This document shows positions 49,884 to 59,400 of a DNA stretch of 64,000 bases, piece by piece. The translations under genes and the position numbers were made by a program. The notes beneath the pieces are model-generated. The model did no database searches. It had not been told where the DNA came from and saw nothing but the letters and a program-made list of their open reading frames with translations. The DNA is from Candidatus Latescibacterota bacterium (GTDB taxonomy: Bacteria; Latescibacterota; UBA2968; GCA-2709665). The DNA is taken from contig OZ220733.1 of assembly GCA_965116875.1 (NCBI GenBank), forward strand, positions 5,344,001 to 5,408,000. The letters run 5' to 3'. Positions within the stretch are counted from its first letter, which is position 1, and each line of letters starts with the position of its first letter.

Positions 49884-51410
49884 ATGTTTAAGAGAAGCGC
49901 GTCGCGCAGTCAACCGGATTTGTTTTCGAATTTCGAGTCACACTTCACGGATCGGAAACAGGCGCAGTTGAATGATGCGAAGTCGTGGCATAATCAGTTT
50001 TACGAGCACCTCACGTCAAAGATAGACGAGGATGTGTTTTCGGTGTTGTTTGATGCCGACATCGGCCGTCCCAATGCGCCCATCCGTCAGTTGTTTGCCA
50101 TGATGATCATGAAGGAGGGCTTTGGGTGGAGCGATGCGCAACTGTTCGAGCAATGTCGGTTCAACATACTGGCGATGCGGGCATTGGGATTGATGAATCT
50201 GTCTGATGAGGCGCCTGTGGAGTCGACGTATTACCTGTTCAAGCAGGCCTTGTATGCATATCAACTGAACACCGGTCAAGACCTGGTTGGCGAGGTCTTT
50301 AGCAGCTTAACCAAGACGCAGGCCAATGCCTTCGGTGTGTTGGGTCAGCAAATCCGAATGGACAGTAAGTTGATCGGCTCGAACATTGCGTTGTGTTGTC
50401 GGTTGCAGTTGGTGGTGAGTTGCTTACACCGGTTCTGGGGATCGTTGGACGAGGACCTGAAGCGAAGATTATCGGCAAGAGATCGGCAGGTTCTGGACGC
50501 AATGCTCACGGTGAAACCCCATCAGGTTGTCTACCGACTCACCCGTGCTGAAAAAGGGGAGAAGCTACAGGAATACGGTGTGTTATTGAGCAGGCTTCAA
50601 GCGACCTATACCGAGCAAGACAGCGATCACTATGGTGTGATGGTGCGTGTTTTTGGAGACCAATATACAGTTATCTCGTCTTCTAAACAGGTGCTTCCCA
50701 AGCCGCCTGACGAGATCTCCGCATCCTCGTTGCAGTCCCCCGATGACGAAGATGCGGCTTTTCGCAGGAAAGGAGAGGATCAGGTAAAAGGATATAGTGT
50801 CAACCTCACCGAGACCTGTGGTGGGGAGGGCCTCAACTTGATCACGGACATTGAGGTGAAATCCGCGACGGCACCCGACAACGGGTTTGTGCAGACGGCC
50901 ATACAGCGCACACAGCAGGTGGTCGGACAGGTTCGAGAAGTATCGATGGATGGGGCCTATCATGATCCATCCAACGCCGAGTATGCAGAACAACAGAACA
51001 AGCAATTCTATTACAGTGGCTTGCAAGGAACCCCGGGACGTTTCATCTATGAACGCACAGATGACGGCGTCACCGTCACGGATCGAAAAACCGGAGTGGT
51101 GCACATCGCCCAGGAATACAAACCGGGAAAATACAAACTCATCATCGATGGCAAACCCCGATACTTTAAAGAACAGCACATCGACAATTACCTCAAACGC
51201 AAACAGATTGAGGCCCTGCCTGAACACATCAGAAACCGACGCAATAACGTCGAAGCCAGTATCTTCCAGTTAAGCTATTACACCCGAAACGGTAAAACCC
51301 GCTATCGCGGATTGATGCCACATCAATGGTGGGCGCGCTGTCGCACCTTATGGGTCAATCTGGTTCGGATCCGGAATTACGTCGCAACACCCACGATGCT
51401 TCCCGCATAA
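49884..51410 (+). CDS. DDE transposase with DUF772-like N-terminus
   Basis: GRPNAP...WSDAQL, RMDSKLI, MDGAYH, RNNVEAS, KTRYRG. Confidence 0.85.
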   Translation: MFKRSASRSQPDLFSNFESHFTDRKQAQLNDAKSWHNQFYEHLTSKIDEDVFSVLFDADIGRPNAPIRQLFAMMIMKEGFGWSDAQLFEQCRFNILAMRALGLMNLSDEAPVESTYYLFKQALYAYQLNTGQDLVGEVFSSLTKTQANAFGVLGQQIRMDSKLIGSNIALCCRLQLVVSCLHRFWGSLDEDLKRRLSARDRQVLDAMLTVKPHQVVYRLTRAEKGEKLQEYGVLLSRLQATYTEQDSDHYGVMVRVFGDQYTVISSSKQVLPKPPDEISASSLQSPDDEDAAFRRKGEDQVKGYSVNLTETCGGEGLNLITDIEVKSATAPDNGFVQTAIQRTQQVVGQVREVSMDGAYHDPSNAEYAEQQNKQFYYSGLQGTPGRFIYERTDDGVTVTDRKTGVVHIAQEYKPGKYKLIIDGKPRYFKEQHIDNYLKRKQIEALPEHIRNRRNNVEASIFQLSYYTRNGKTRYRGLMPHQWWARCRTLWVNLVRIRNYVATPTMLPA

Positions 51411-52020
51411 GTGGAGATTTATTGCGAAAAACCGCCATACCATCGCCCTGAGCAACGTTGCACCTTGCCCCTGCTGCGTTAGGCCGCACCTACGCGCCTT
51501 ATCTCCGACACACGCTCCTTCTCAAGTTCCAACGTTGACCGCTCTAACGATGTCCCCATTACACCCGTTTTCGGAGGGGACTCAAGATTGACGCGGGGAA
51601 AACCGTAAAACAGGCGGGGCGCGGGGGTTGCGCCGTACCAGTCGAGCACCGACTCGCCGGCGCGATCGACGTCCGCTGTGGTTACTCCGGCGCGGACGGA
51701 ACCCGCCATTTCCCTCAATGTGGCGGCAACCACCCGCCCGGCCTTCGCAAGGCCTTCGAAATCTTCAGGACATTCTATCGACAACGTCATGCTCCCATTG
51801 GAAAGGATGACTCTCAATAATGACCAGCTTGAAGCAATAATAGGGTTTACGGGACAGTGCTCGGGTTGCCTGTGACGTTCCCGCTGTTTGCGAACCGCCG
51901 TAGCGATGCGCAGGAAGGTCCTCGCAGGCCAAGAGTGCTTTCGACAATCTCAGGACTGGCTACGCGCCGATTCCCAAGTACAAATGTCATTCGACCGTGG
52001 GAATCTCACGCCGGGAATGT

Positions 52021-52851
52021 TCAGGGCTGTCGACCATCGACGTCTGCAAATCCGTACTCTAGGGCCAAATCGAGGACCTCCAGATATGGAGTTACTCCGA
52101 CTTTGCCCATCACCTCCGGGTCGCCAGCCAACGCCGCGATCGCCCGGCCGGCGTATACTGGCGTAAACGTCTTCTCCAGATCTTCAGGTCTGGTGCTCTC
52201 GTCAGGCACCCAGGTTCGCATGTATTGGTGTTCGTCGCCAAGCGACAACAGGATAACTGCGATCCCGTTTTCGCGGCATTCCTCTGCCATTCCATGCGAC
52301 ATTCGATATATCGCGGACTTGAACGTGTCATAGAACAGATTCGGGTGGAACTTGCTGTCCGGATTGATCCCGCTCGTAGTATTGACGATCAGACCGTGTC
52401 CCTGCTCCAGCATGATCGAAATCGCGCCCCGAGCAGCCGTCATATGGGATCTCAAACCGGCTCCGTACATGAGTTCCCACTGCCGAATTGGGAGTTCCCA
52501 GAACCGTTTTCGCCCCCAAAATCCATCGGCCATCTCGTAGCCGCCCCAGGCATTACTCACGAGCACATCCAGCCGTCCTTGCTCTTTCTTGATTCGCCTG
52601 AAGAGTTCCTCAACCTGCTCATCTTTCGTGTGATCTATCCGGACAGGAATCCCCTCGCCGCCACCTTGAGTCACCGTTTCAGCCGTGTCTTCAATGGTTT
52701 CGCCGGGGACGTCCGTGGTCTGGTTCCCGCGGATGCTGCGTCCCGTCACATATACAGTCGCGCCGGCTTCACCGAGCGCAGTGGCAATGCCCTTCCCCCC
52801 GCCGCGACTTGCTCCCGTCACCACGGCTACTCTGTTTGGCAAAGTCTTCAT
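52021..52851 (-). CDS. Short-chain dehydrogenase/reductase (DHRS1-like)
   Basis: VTGASRGGGKGIA, LDVLVSNAW, YDTFK. Confidence 0.9.
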   Translation of the reverse strand: MKTLPNRVAVVTGASRGGGKGIATALGEAGATVYVTGRSIRGNQTTDVPGETIEDTAETVTQGGGEGIPVRIDHTKDEQVEELFRRIKKEQGRLDVLVSNAWGGYEMADGFWGRKRFWELPIRQWELMYGAGLRSHMTAARGAISIMLEQGHGLIVNTTSGINPDSKFHPNLFYDTFKSAIYRMSHGMAEECRENGIAVILLSLGDEHQYMRTWVPDESTRPEDLEKTFTPVYAGRAIAALAGDPEVMGKVGVTPYLEVLDLALEYGFADVDGRQP

Positions 52852-53114
52852 ATCCCGGATTTCCTGTCCTCCAACATCTCACATAGGCATCGCTTAAACG
52901 TCCATGCCAACCGCCGGCCCGCCGGAGCGTTGCGAATGTGCGCTTCAGCCAGGACGAAGAGAGCCCTGCGAAAGGCATAGGGTATGACGTTTTCAGTGCC
53001 CGCGATCCCGCGTAGCGGTCGCGCCTCAAGACCAGGCATCTGTGGCATGGATGGTACTCGTGTAAAGAGCCGTGTTGTTTTTCCAGGCGATAGATGGGAG
53101 AAGCGATCGTTGTC

Positions 53115-53924
53115 TTATTTTTTTTGTTTCGCAAAGAAGGCGCGTACACTCAATAGCTGATTCGCATAAAACTCAGCATCCTGGTTCTCGCGTGATTCCA
53201 GGGCCGATACTGAGGCGCTGAACTCCGATTCGCCAACGTCTTTCTCGCCGTTCAGGATCCTTGTCAGCCCGATATAGCCCTCCAACATCTCTATTTCCTC
53301 AGGTTTGGAGCCATGTGCCTTGCTGTGATCCCGCGCCTTCGCAAAGACCGAAAGAGCTTCGCCATAGGACTCCATTGCAATGAGGTGTGCGCCAAGAAAC
53401 CAGTACGTAAACGCCAACTGAACGGCACTTGGATCAAGCTCGTGCAATTGCCGAACGCTATAACGGGCCATTGCAAGACCCTGTCGCATCTGGTCTGGCG
53501 AAATCGCAATCCCGGGCTCCTCCCAGCCGATCCAGGTACAGGATGCTGCGTCGGTCGCCATCCTCTTGGCAGCAAAACGAAGCTTTTTTGCCGCAACGTC
53601 ATCCTTTCCATCATGCGTGGCTGCTCGACCCAGGCAGTAGTGGATGCCGGCATTTGCAAAGTGAAGCACCTGCTCCGTGGATTTGGCCTTCCAGTAACAG
53701 TCCAGAACAAGGTTGCCGTAAGCCCCAACAATCTCTGACTCGTCTTCAAGTCCAAGTACAAATTCGCTTGCAGCAAACAGGTCCTTTTCCCTTGAAAGAG
53801 ATTGGACGGCTTTGAAAATGTCTTCACGTGTCATACCTGCTCCCTTGCTGCCGACTTCGCCAACGACTGGCAACGCAAGGCCGAGTACGAATACACCGGG
53901 GAGTATCCAGTCTATCTGAGCCAT
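53115..53924 (-). CDS. Hypothetical alpha-helical (TPR-like) protein, possible signal peptide
   Basis: Clean ORF, AGGAGG RBS, hydrophobic N-terminus. Confidence 0.7.
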   Translation of the reverse strand: MAQIDWILPGVFVLGLALPVVGEVGSKGAGMTREDIFKAVQSLSREKDLFAASEFVLGLEDESEIVGAYGNLVLDCYWKAKSTEQVLHFANAGIHYCLGRAATHDGKDDVAAKKLRFAAKRMATDAASCTWIGWEEPGIAISPDQMRQGLAMARYSVRQLHELDPSAVQLAFTYWFLGAHLIAMESYGEALSVFAKARDHSKAHGSKPEEIEMLEGYIGLTRILNGEKDVGESEFSASVSALESRENQDAEFYANQLLSVRAFFAKQKK

Positions 53925-53999
53925 CCCAATTGGTCCTCCTGTGCTGAGGATAATTTGCCGGCGGCACCCGCAGTTTGCAATGGAATGGCCGCGGCAGAC

Positions 54000-55208
54000 T
54001 CACGCACGCAGGAGCTCTAGGCATTCCTCATAGGCTTCGAATCGCTCGCCTTCGCGTTCCTCGGGATCCACCTTCTTGAGGAACAGTGCGCTGCCGGGTT
54101 TCTTTCCGGTAAACTCGCGGTGGCTCCTGATGTGCGCCGGGTTCTCACCGCTCCACTTGACCTCGCCATCCTGCAGATAGACGAAGTTTCCTCCGTGTTC
54201 CTCGATCATCGCCTGCATCCGATCGCGATAGAACAGTCCCTGCTCGCAAGCCGTCTCCCTCACCGTGGCCATGATTTCGGGCGGATCTTCCTCGACAGAG
54301 TCGAACTCGTTCAGTGGACCCTCGACCTCGCTCTCGAAGTCGATTTCGTCGAGATTGACCGTACCGAAACCACTCTGCGCGGCAACGAGGAGATGGTTGC
54401 GGTCGCGACGGAATGGCGGCGTGGGCCAATCGGACGCGGGATCGTGCCCCATCAGGCTCGTGCCCACGGCATCGGTGGCGATGATCTGGTCGCCCGCGAT
54501 GAGGGCGTTGCACACGCGTCCCTCGCCGTCCCACTCACGACCCCATTGACCGGTCGTGGCATCTACGATATTGAGACAAGGGTTGGTAATACGCGCCAGA
54601 TCGGGCAGCACGTAGGACAGCCGGATTGCGTGGTGGAAATAGCTGCGCACCCGACCCTCCGGCGGAATCGTGGGCGTGAGGCCGAACAGATTCTTGGTGC
54701 AAAGCGTGACACCCATGAAGAGGTGGTTCTTCAACTTGGCGACGGAAACGACCTCATCCGCTTCGCTGAAGCACCGGCTGAGCGTGTAGCGCTGGAACAT
54801 GAAGCCGCCGCCCGGTACGTCATATTCTGCGAAGGGGGGATAATTCGATTCCGCGTGATCGACGTCGAATTCCTCGAGCAGCGGAAGATAGTTGAAATAG
54901 CCCGTCGCGGCCCCGGATGCGTCCCGGCAGAACGTATCGGCGGCGACAAGCGTCGCTGAGGTCCGTTCCCGCAATAGCCGAAGGACGGCGCGGAAGACAG
55001 CATCGTCGACGAGTTCTCGACGGCGGCCCTCGAAACGAGCCACATTCGTATGCCCCATGTTGAATTTGAGCGCGATGCGGCCCGCCTTTTCCAGCTTCTC
55101 CCAGGTGCGCACGAGGGGGGCGGTCGCCCGTACCAGGTTCTCGTAGACCTCCTCGTCGGAGGCCCGGTGATCGCAACGGACTGCACGTACGCTGAATTCA
55201 CGGTCCAT
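54000..55208 (-). CDS. DUF362 domain protein
   Basis: IALKFN, SVAKLKNH..GVTLCTKNLFG, NIVDA, ATDAVG. Confidence 0.85.
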   Translation of the reverse strand: MDREFSVRAVRCDHRASDEEVYENLVRATAPLVRTWEKLEKAGRIALKFNMGHTNVARFEGRRRELVDDAVFRAVLRLLRERTSATLVAADTFCRDASGAATGYFNYLPLLEEFDVDHAESNYPPFAEYDVPGGGFMFQRYTLSRCFSEADEVVSVAKLKNHLFMGVTLCTKNLFGLTPTIPPEGRVRSYFHHAIRLSYVLPDLARITNPCLNIVDATTGQWGREWDGEGRVCNALIAGDQIIATDAVGTSLMGHDPASDWPTPPFRRDRNHLLVAAQSGFGTVNLDEIDFESEVEGPLNEFDSVEEDPPEIMATVRETACEQGLFYRDRMQAMIEEHGGNFVYLQDGEVKWSGENPAHIRSHREFTGKKPGSALFLKKVDPEEREGERFEAYEECLELLRA

Positions 55209-55299
55209 CTCTTAACTCTCCTTGTGTGATTCCGGCCTGATGCAGGAAATGGAAGAAGCCGCAGCCCGTCAGACCAGGCAGTCTTTTGGGGGCTGCCGT

Positions 55300-56259
55300 C
55301 TATTCGAGAAGCTTCAGCACAGTTGTCCGGTCCCAGCCTCCGGGCGTTGGCCCCTGGTACGCTGCGAGGATGTCCAGCACTCTTGCCAGGGAATGTAGTT
55401 TCAGGACCCGTTCTTTTTCGGCACTCAACATTCCATAGGTCCGCCAGAAGCATTCGGCCAGTTCCGGCGTATTGAGGAATACGCTCAGATAAAGATCCCT
55501 GGAGTCGGTGAATGCCGGTGCAAATGCGACATTTCCGAAGTCAAGCACCGCCGCCAGATTCAGGGTCGCGGGGTCTACGCGAAGATTCTGAAACTGAAAG
55601 TCATGATGTACAATTGCGTCTACTTCCGTCTCTCCCATCGAATCGACGAGGTCGGTCCAAAGCGCATCGCAGCGATCGAGGGTGTCTTTCCCAAGCCAGC
55701 CTTGCTTCCGGAGTAGCCCGACTGCCCGCTGGAATCTGTTCTCCTCGGACTTCCACCACTCGCTCCCGCTCATCGGGTCGCCGAGAATCGCCGCGACATC
55801 CGGCCCAATGGGAACTGAGTGGAGGTCTCTGAGGTAAGACGCGCATTGCGCAAGGATCTTCTCCCTGTCATCGAAGCCAATCTCGCTCCAAAACCGGTCG
55901 CCATCGACGCCGTCCGCATATTCGATCAGTGCATGGGGATACGCAACATTCGAGTCGCCGGACGAGGCGTAGATCCAGTTTGGCGTTGGCAACGCAGATT
56001 TGCGCTGGACGATTTTGACTACACCCTCTTCCCTTCGCATCACCTCGTCATCCGCGCATCTGACCCAGACCTTCAATACAAGTAAATCACCACGGGTCGA
56101 CTCCAACAGGAAAATCGCGTTCACCTCGCCGCGTTTCAACCTTCGTATCGCAGTCGGTTGCGGAAATCCGGCCTTTGAACAAATGGCCTGCGCGATCGGA
56201 AGCGAAATATCGTATTCGACGAATTCCCGGTACGTTAACAATGGTTTTGGCGCGGTCAT
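55300..56259 (-). CDS. APH-family phosphotransferase
   Basis: GEVN, VLKV, VHHDFQFQNL, AVLDFG. Confidence 0.85.
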   Translation of the reverse strand: MTAPKPLLTYREFVEYDISLPIAQAICSKAGFPQPTAIRRLKRGEVNAIFLLESTRGDLLVLKVWVRCADDEVMRREEGVVKIVQRKSALPTPNWIYASSGDSNVAYPHALIEYADGVDGDRFWSEIGFDDREKILAQCASYLRDLHSVPIGPDVAAILGDPMSGSEWWKSEENRFQRAVGLLRKQGWLGKDTLDRCDALWTDLVDSMGETEVDAIVHHDFQFQNLRVDPATLNLAAVLDFGNVAFAPAFTDSRDLYLSVFLNTPELAECFWRTYGMLSAEKERVLKLHSLARVLDILAAYQGPTPGGWDRTTVLKLLE

Positions 56260-56346
56260 AAACAAACACAAGATGAGAACCATCGGCCTGCAGTTGCCGC
56301 ATAAAGGCCGTGGCACCTCCAAACTCGCGGAATGGAATTGAGCCCT

Positions 56347-57102
56347 CTAAATCCCATTCGGTTCTCGTTCCGATTCTTGATCCACGCGTCCGGACTCGGC
56401 AATTCTAAGCAGATGGCTTGCAAGAATAACCATCTCAGCCGCTTCCTCAGCGCCTAAAGCAACATTGCGATGGCTATGCGGATTCTTGTATAAGCCAATG
56501 GCTCCGGCAAACAAGCTTGAAAGGGCTTCACGCTCTGCGGTTTGTAGGTTTACATCGCGTAGTGGTCCAGACTGGTGGTGGAACGCTTTGCGCATCAGTT
56601 TTGTCCCAACATCATTCTCTGAATACTCACCGCGCTTGCGGACAGCGATCTCAACCTCTTTGAAGGCATTGAAGACGGCTGTGTCGTAGACGCCTCGACT
56701 GAAGGAAGGCATCGAAGCCTGCGCAATATTCGGATGTAACATCCTTCTTGGAAGTAAGTCATTACGTCGGTACGCCGTATAATCCGCGTGACTCTTGAAG
56801 CTCTTACCGCGGCGTGTAACGAAGAACCAGCCTTCCTCACTGCCGGGTTTAGGCGCCAACAGTCCCTCTCGTTCCAGCCAGACCCATCCTTCCATCAGGA
56901 CCTTCTTGATTTCATCTTCATTGCATTCCGGAGAGTATTCCCCGATCCAATCCGCAAGGCTGAAGTTGTAGCGACTCAACGCTTCCGTTTCTCTAGGATC
57001 CAGCGAGTTCAGATGTTCGAGGATAACGCCGCCAACTTCCTCAGGTTCCAGCGATAGCAGGAGTTCTGGATCTGGAACAATATCGGGAATAGACTTGCTC
57101 AT
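56347..57102 (-). CDS. TIGR02391 family protein
   Basis: LHPNI..YDTAVFNAFKEVEIAVR..GTKLMRKAF..LFAGAIGLYKNPHSH. Confidence 0.88.
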   Translation of the reverse strand: MSKSIPDIVPDPELLLSLEPEEVGGVILEHLNSLDPRETEALSRYNFSLADWIGEYSPECNEDEIKKVLMEGWVWLEREGLLAPKPGSEEGWFFVTRRGKSFKSHADYTAYRRNDLLPRRMLHPNIAQASMPSFSRGVYDTAVFNAFKEVEIAVRKRGEYSENDVGTKLMRKAFHHQSGPLRDVNLQTAEREALSSLFAGAIGLYKNPHSHRNVALGAEEAAEMVILASHLLRIAESGRVDQESEREPNGI

Positions 57103-57166
57103 AGATGTGTACTCCCAGTAGGTAGAGTGGCAGCTGGAGTTCGACGATTTACGGTCGATCGGTAAT

Positions 57167-57871
57167 TCATGTGACATCAAGTTCGTAGAGTTTATAGATG
57201 GGTTCAATGTGATGCCACTGTAAAACGTTGATTAGCCAGAACCGCAAATCCCGTGTTGGAGCAGGCTCCGTCAGACGAAAGTTGGCCTGTTGCAAGAGTA
57301 AATCCTTATCTTCATCACCGTTGATTATTACATCAACCATGTGCTTAAGATTTGAACTGGGATCAGTACCATGCTCGGATCGCAAGGACCTGATAGCAAT
57401 ATTGCTTGCCTCGATCAGGATCGGTGAAGGACATGCTTCCATAATGCCAAAAACCTTAGGATATCGGCGGTATAGTTCATCCGCCACTCCAGGAACTTCT
57501 CGGCGGTACAATTCTTCAAGGAAGTCAATCGTGTATGTCAACAATTCTGAGCCGAATCTTTTGCCTATGGCATACCGTATAGCTGTTGATTTTGCGGGCG
57601 ACATGTAGGTATCTCCATGCTGCCAGTTCCAACTACCAGTTTCCTGGTTCGCCATTTTTGCGAAGGATCCACTTCTTACTGTATATAGGTGTGAGTCTCG
57701 TAAGTGTGTTTCACATAACGCCAAAACTTCGCGCGCGAGGCACAATAGGTTCCAATCTTTGACGGGATTCGTCCCTGCCAATCCATATTGCGAAATCCCA
57801 TCTACAAAAACCGTGGAAGTACCATGATACAGCGGAACCAGCAGGCGGCCGTTATATGTTAAATCCTTCAT
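57167..57871 (-). CDS. Hypothetical protein with N-terminal LYHGT motif
   Basis: AAGGAG RBS; LYHGTST...GISQYGL...YMSP...AIRYA; visibly lower GC. Confidence 0.7.
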   Translation of the reverse strand: MKDLTYNGRLLVPLYHGTSTVFVDGISQYGLAGTNPVKDWNLLCLAREVLALCETHLRDSHLYTVRSGSFAKMANQETGSWNWQHGDTYMSPAKSTAIRYAIGKRFGSELLTYTIDFLEELYRREVPGVADELYRRYPKVFGIMEACPSPILIEASNIAIRSLRSEHGTDPSSNLKHMVDVIINGDEDKDLLLQQANFRLTEPAPTRDLRFWLINVLQWHHIEPIYKLYELDVT

Positions 57872-57996
57872 ATTGAAGGTCTCCTTTGTCACAATTGGAC
57901 CTCGCCCGGCTGACGATTGGCGTCTGTGACGGCTTCAGGTCCAGCTTGGCCGCGGTTGCGGCGAAATGCGAACCATGCTGGTACGGGACGAATGCT

Positions 57997-58437
57997 TTAC
58001 TTGCGTCGGTCCATCGACTCTCTCAGCCGGTCAATCTTGTCGTCGTATCCGGCAACGAGCCGAGGAAGCGCTCTGACATCGGCCCACAAGAAATCGAACG
58101 GATGGATGAGAGATCCGTCCTCGGCGTGTTCTCCATGACGCCAGGATTCCCTTGTTGGCCCTTCGACAGACAGATGAAAGAACCAGCGATGCTGGAGTTC
58201 ATCGCTCCCGCAGTCCCGCATGTCCCGTGTATCCCGGCCCAGGAATCGTATAAATCTGAGCTCCGATAGTCCCGTCTCCTCTTCTGCTTCCCGCATCACC
58301 GCATCCCGAGGCTTCTCCCCCGGCTCAATCGTCCCCGCGGGAACCTGAATGCCGGCTTCCGGCGCTCCGGGCTGCGTAAAGAGCAGCAGCCGGCGCCCAC
58401 TTGTGATATAGGCGTAGGCTCTGTGGCGTGTTGTCAT
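57997..58437 (-). CDS. NUDIX hydrolase
   Basis: PAGTIEPGEKPRDAVMREAEEETGL. Confidence 0.9.
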   Translation of the reverse strand: MTTRHRAYAYITSGRRLLLFTQPGAPEAGIQVPAGTIEPGEKPRDAVMREAEEETGLSELRFIRFLGRDTRDMRDCGSDELQHRWFFHLSVEGPTRESWRHGEHAEDGSLIHPFDFLWADVRALPRLVAGYDDKIDRLRESMDRRK

Positions 58438-58582
58438 CCGGGTAGGAATTGGTGAGACCCCTGTCTCACAAGCCGTGCAAATTACTCGGCACCCCCGAAG
58501 CCGGAGGTGCCGTATTTGCCGAAATGGAGGTCAATTGGATCCTGGTAGACTTCGAGTGGCATCATCTACGCCTTGTTGGTCT

Positions 58583-58897
58583 TCATTCATTTCCTGCCGG
58601 TGCTTCCGACCAACGGCCGGCCATTTTCCGCAATTCTTGCTCATGAACAGGCCATTCGTGAAGTGTGGCGGGATCGAAGTCGGCGCCATTCGGCCAGACG
58701 AGCGTATGGACCTCAGCGTCAATACGCACCTGATTGAAGAGCACTTCATCTACCAGCGGTCCGAACAACTCACCCGCAAGTACAGGTCGAAAGTCGATAA
58801 CCTGGGTCGTTTCATCGTTGAAACTGACTTTGATCCGATGGGAACCAACAATCTCGAACGAAACGACTCGATGTATTGGATGACTCACGCTATCCAT
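58583..58897 (-). CDS. DUF2442 domain protein
   Basis: IKVSFND..IDF..L.GELFGPL..FNQVRID..TLVWPNGADFDPATL. Confidence 0.85.
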   Translation of the reverse strand: MDSVSHPIHRVVSFEIVGSHRIKVSFNDETTQVIDFRPVLAGELFGPLVDEVLFNQVRIDAEVHTLVWPNGADFDPATLHEWPVHEQELRKMAGRWSEAPAGNE

Positions 58898-58957
58898 ATT
58901 TGTTGTGTACCGAACCTGAAGATTTGCAGTGAAGCAATTGTACCGATCGGCTTCCCG

Positions 58958-59106
58958 GGAGCGAGGGCATCCTGCCCTAGACGGCTGATTCGCGCGGCTC
59001 TGGCGCCATCATTTTCAATATGAATTCGGATGCGAGGGAAACGATAGGCCCCTAATTCGGGTTTTGATGGGGTACAGGAAGTTCGAGGGCAGGATGCCCT
59101 CGCTCC
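58958..59106. repeat. REP doublet (REPIN-like, family E)
   Basis: Perfect 21-bp inverted repeat GGAGCGAGGGCATCCTGCCCT (58958-58978 / 59086-59106); each arm is itself palindromic. Confidence 0.85.
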
Positions 59107-59400
59107 GGATGTTCGTGGATCATGCTGTGACAGTGGGCAGATCGCCTTCGGTCGCAGGCCGCTCATGTCCGGTTCGAAATCCCGCGGGAAATGTAACGAA
59201 TTCTACCTCGGTAAGCAAAATCCGAATCGGGACCGGCGGGGGTCCATTGCTGCCCCTCGGAACTTCACGCGCGAATAACTACTCTGATCCTCCACGTCCA
59301 TAAACGTCTACAGGTCTGCAAGCCTGGAACGTCGGTTGCCAAAAACGGAAAACGCGTTCGTGTCAACTCATTCTGTTTGTAAACGATAGGACGTCGACAT

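Larger units (their letters stand above)
48074..51583 (+). mobile_element. DDE insertion sequence (IS1182/IS5-like; family uncertain) carrying a nested IS1380
   Basis: IRs GAGTCCACTCCGAAAA / GAGTCCCCTCCGAAAA (15/16); 6-bp TSD AAGATT at 48068-48073 and 51584-51589. Confidence 0.9.
47525..51790 (-). pseudogene. map: Type I methionine aminopeptidase paralog interrupted by nested IS elements
   Basis: N-half 51584-51790 (...FYGFPRVNL) joins in frame to 47525-48067 (ISVNDEIVHGIPG...SLDVT..DAA..GHGVG..IEP..HYEHT), giving 249 aa. Confidence 0.92.
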
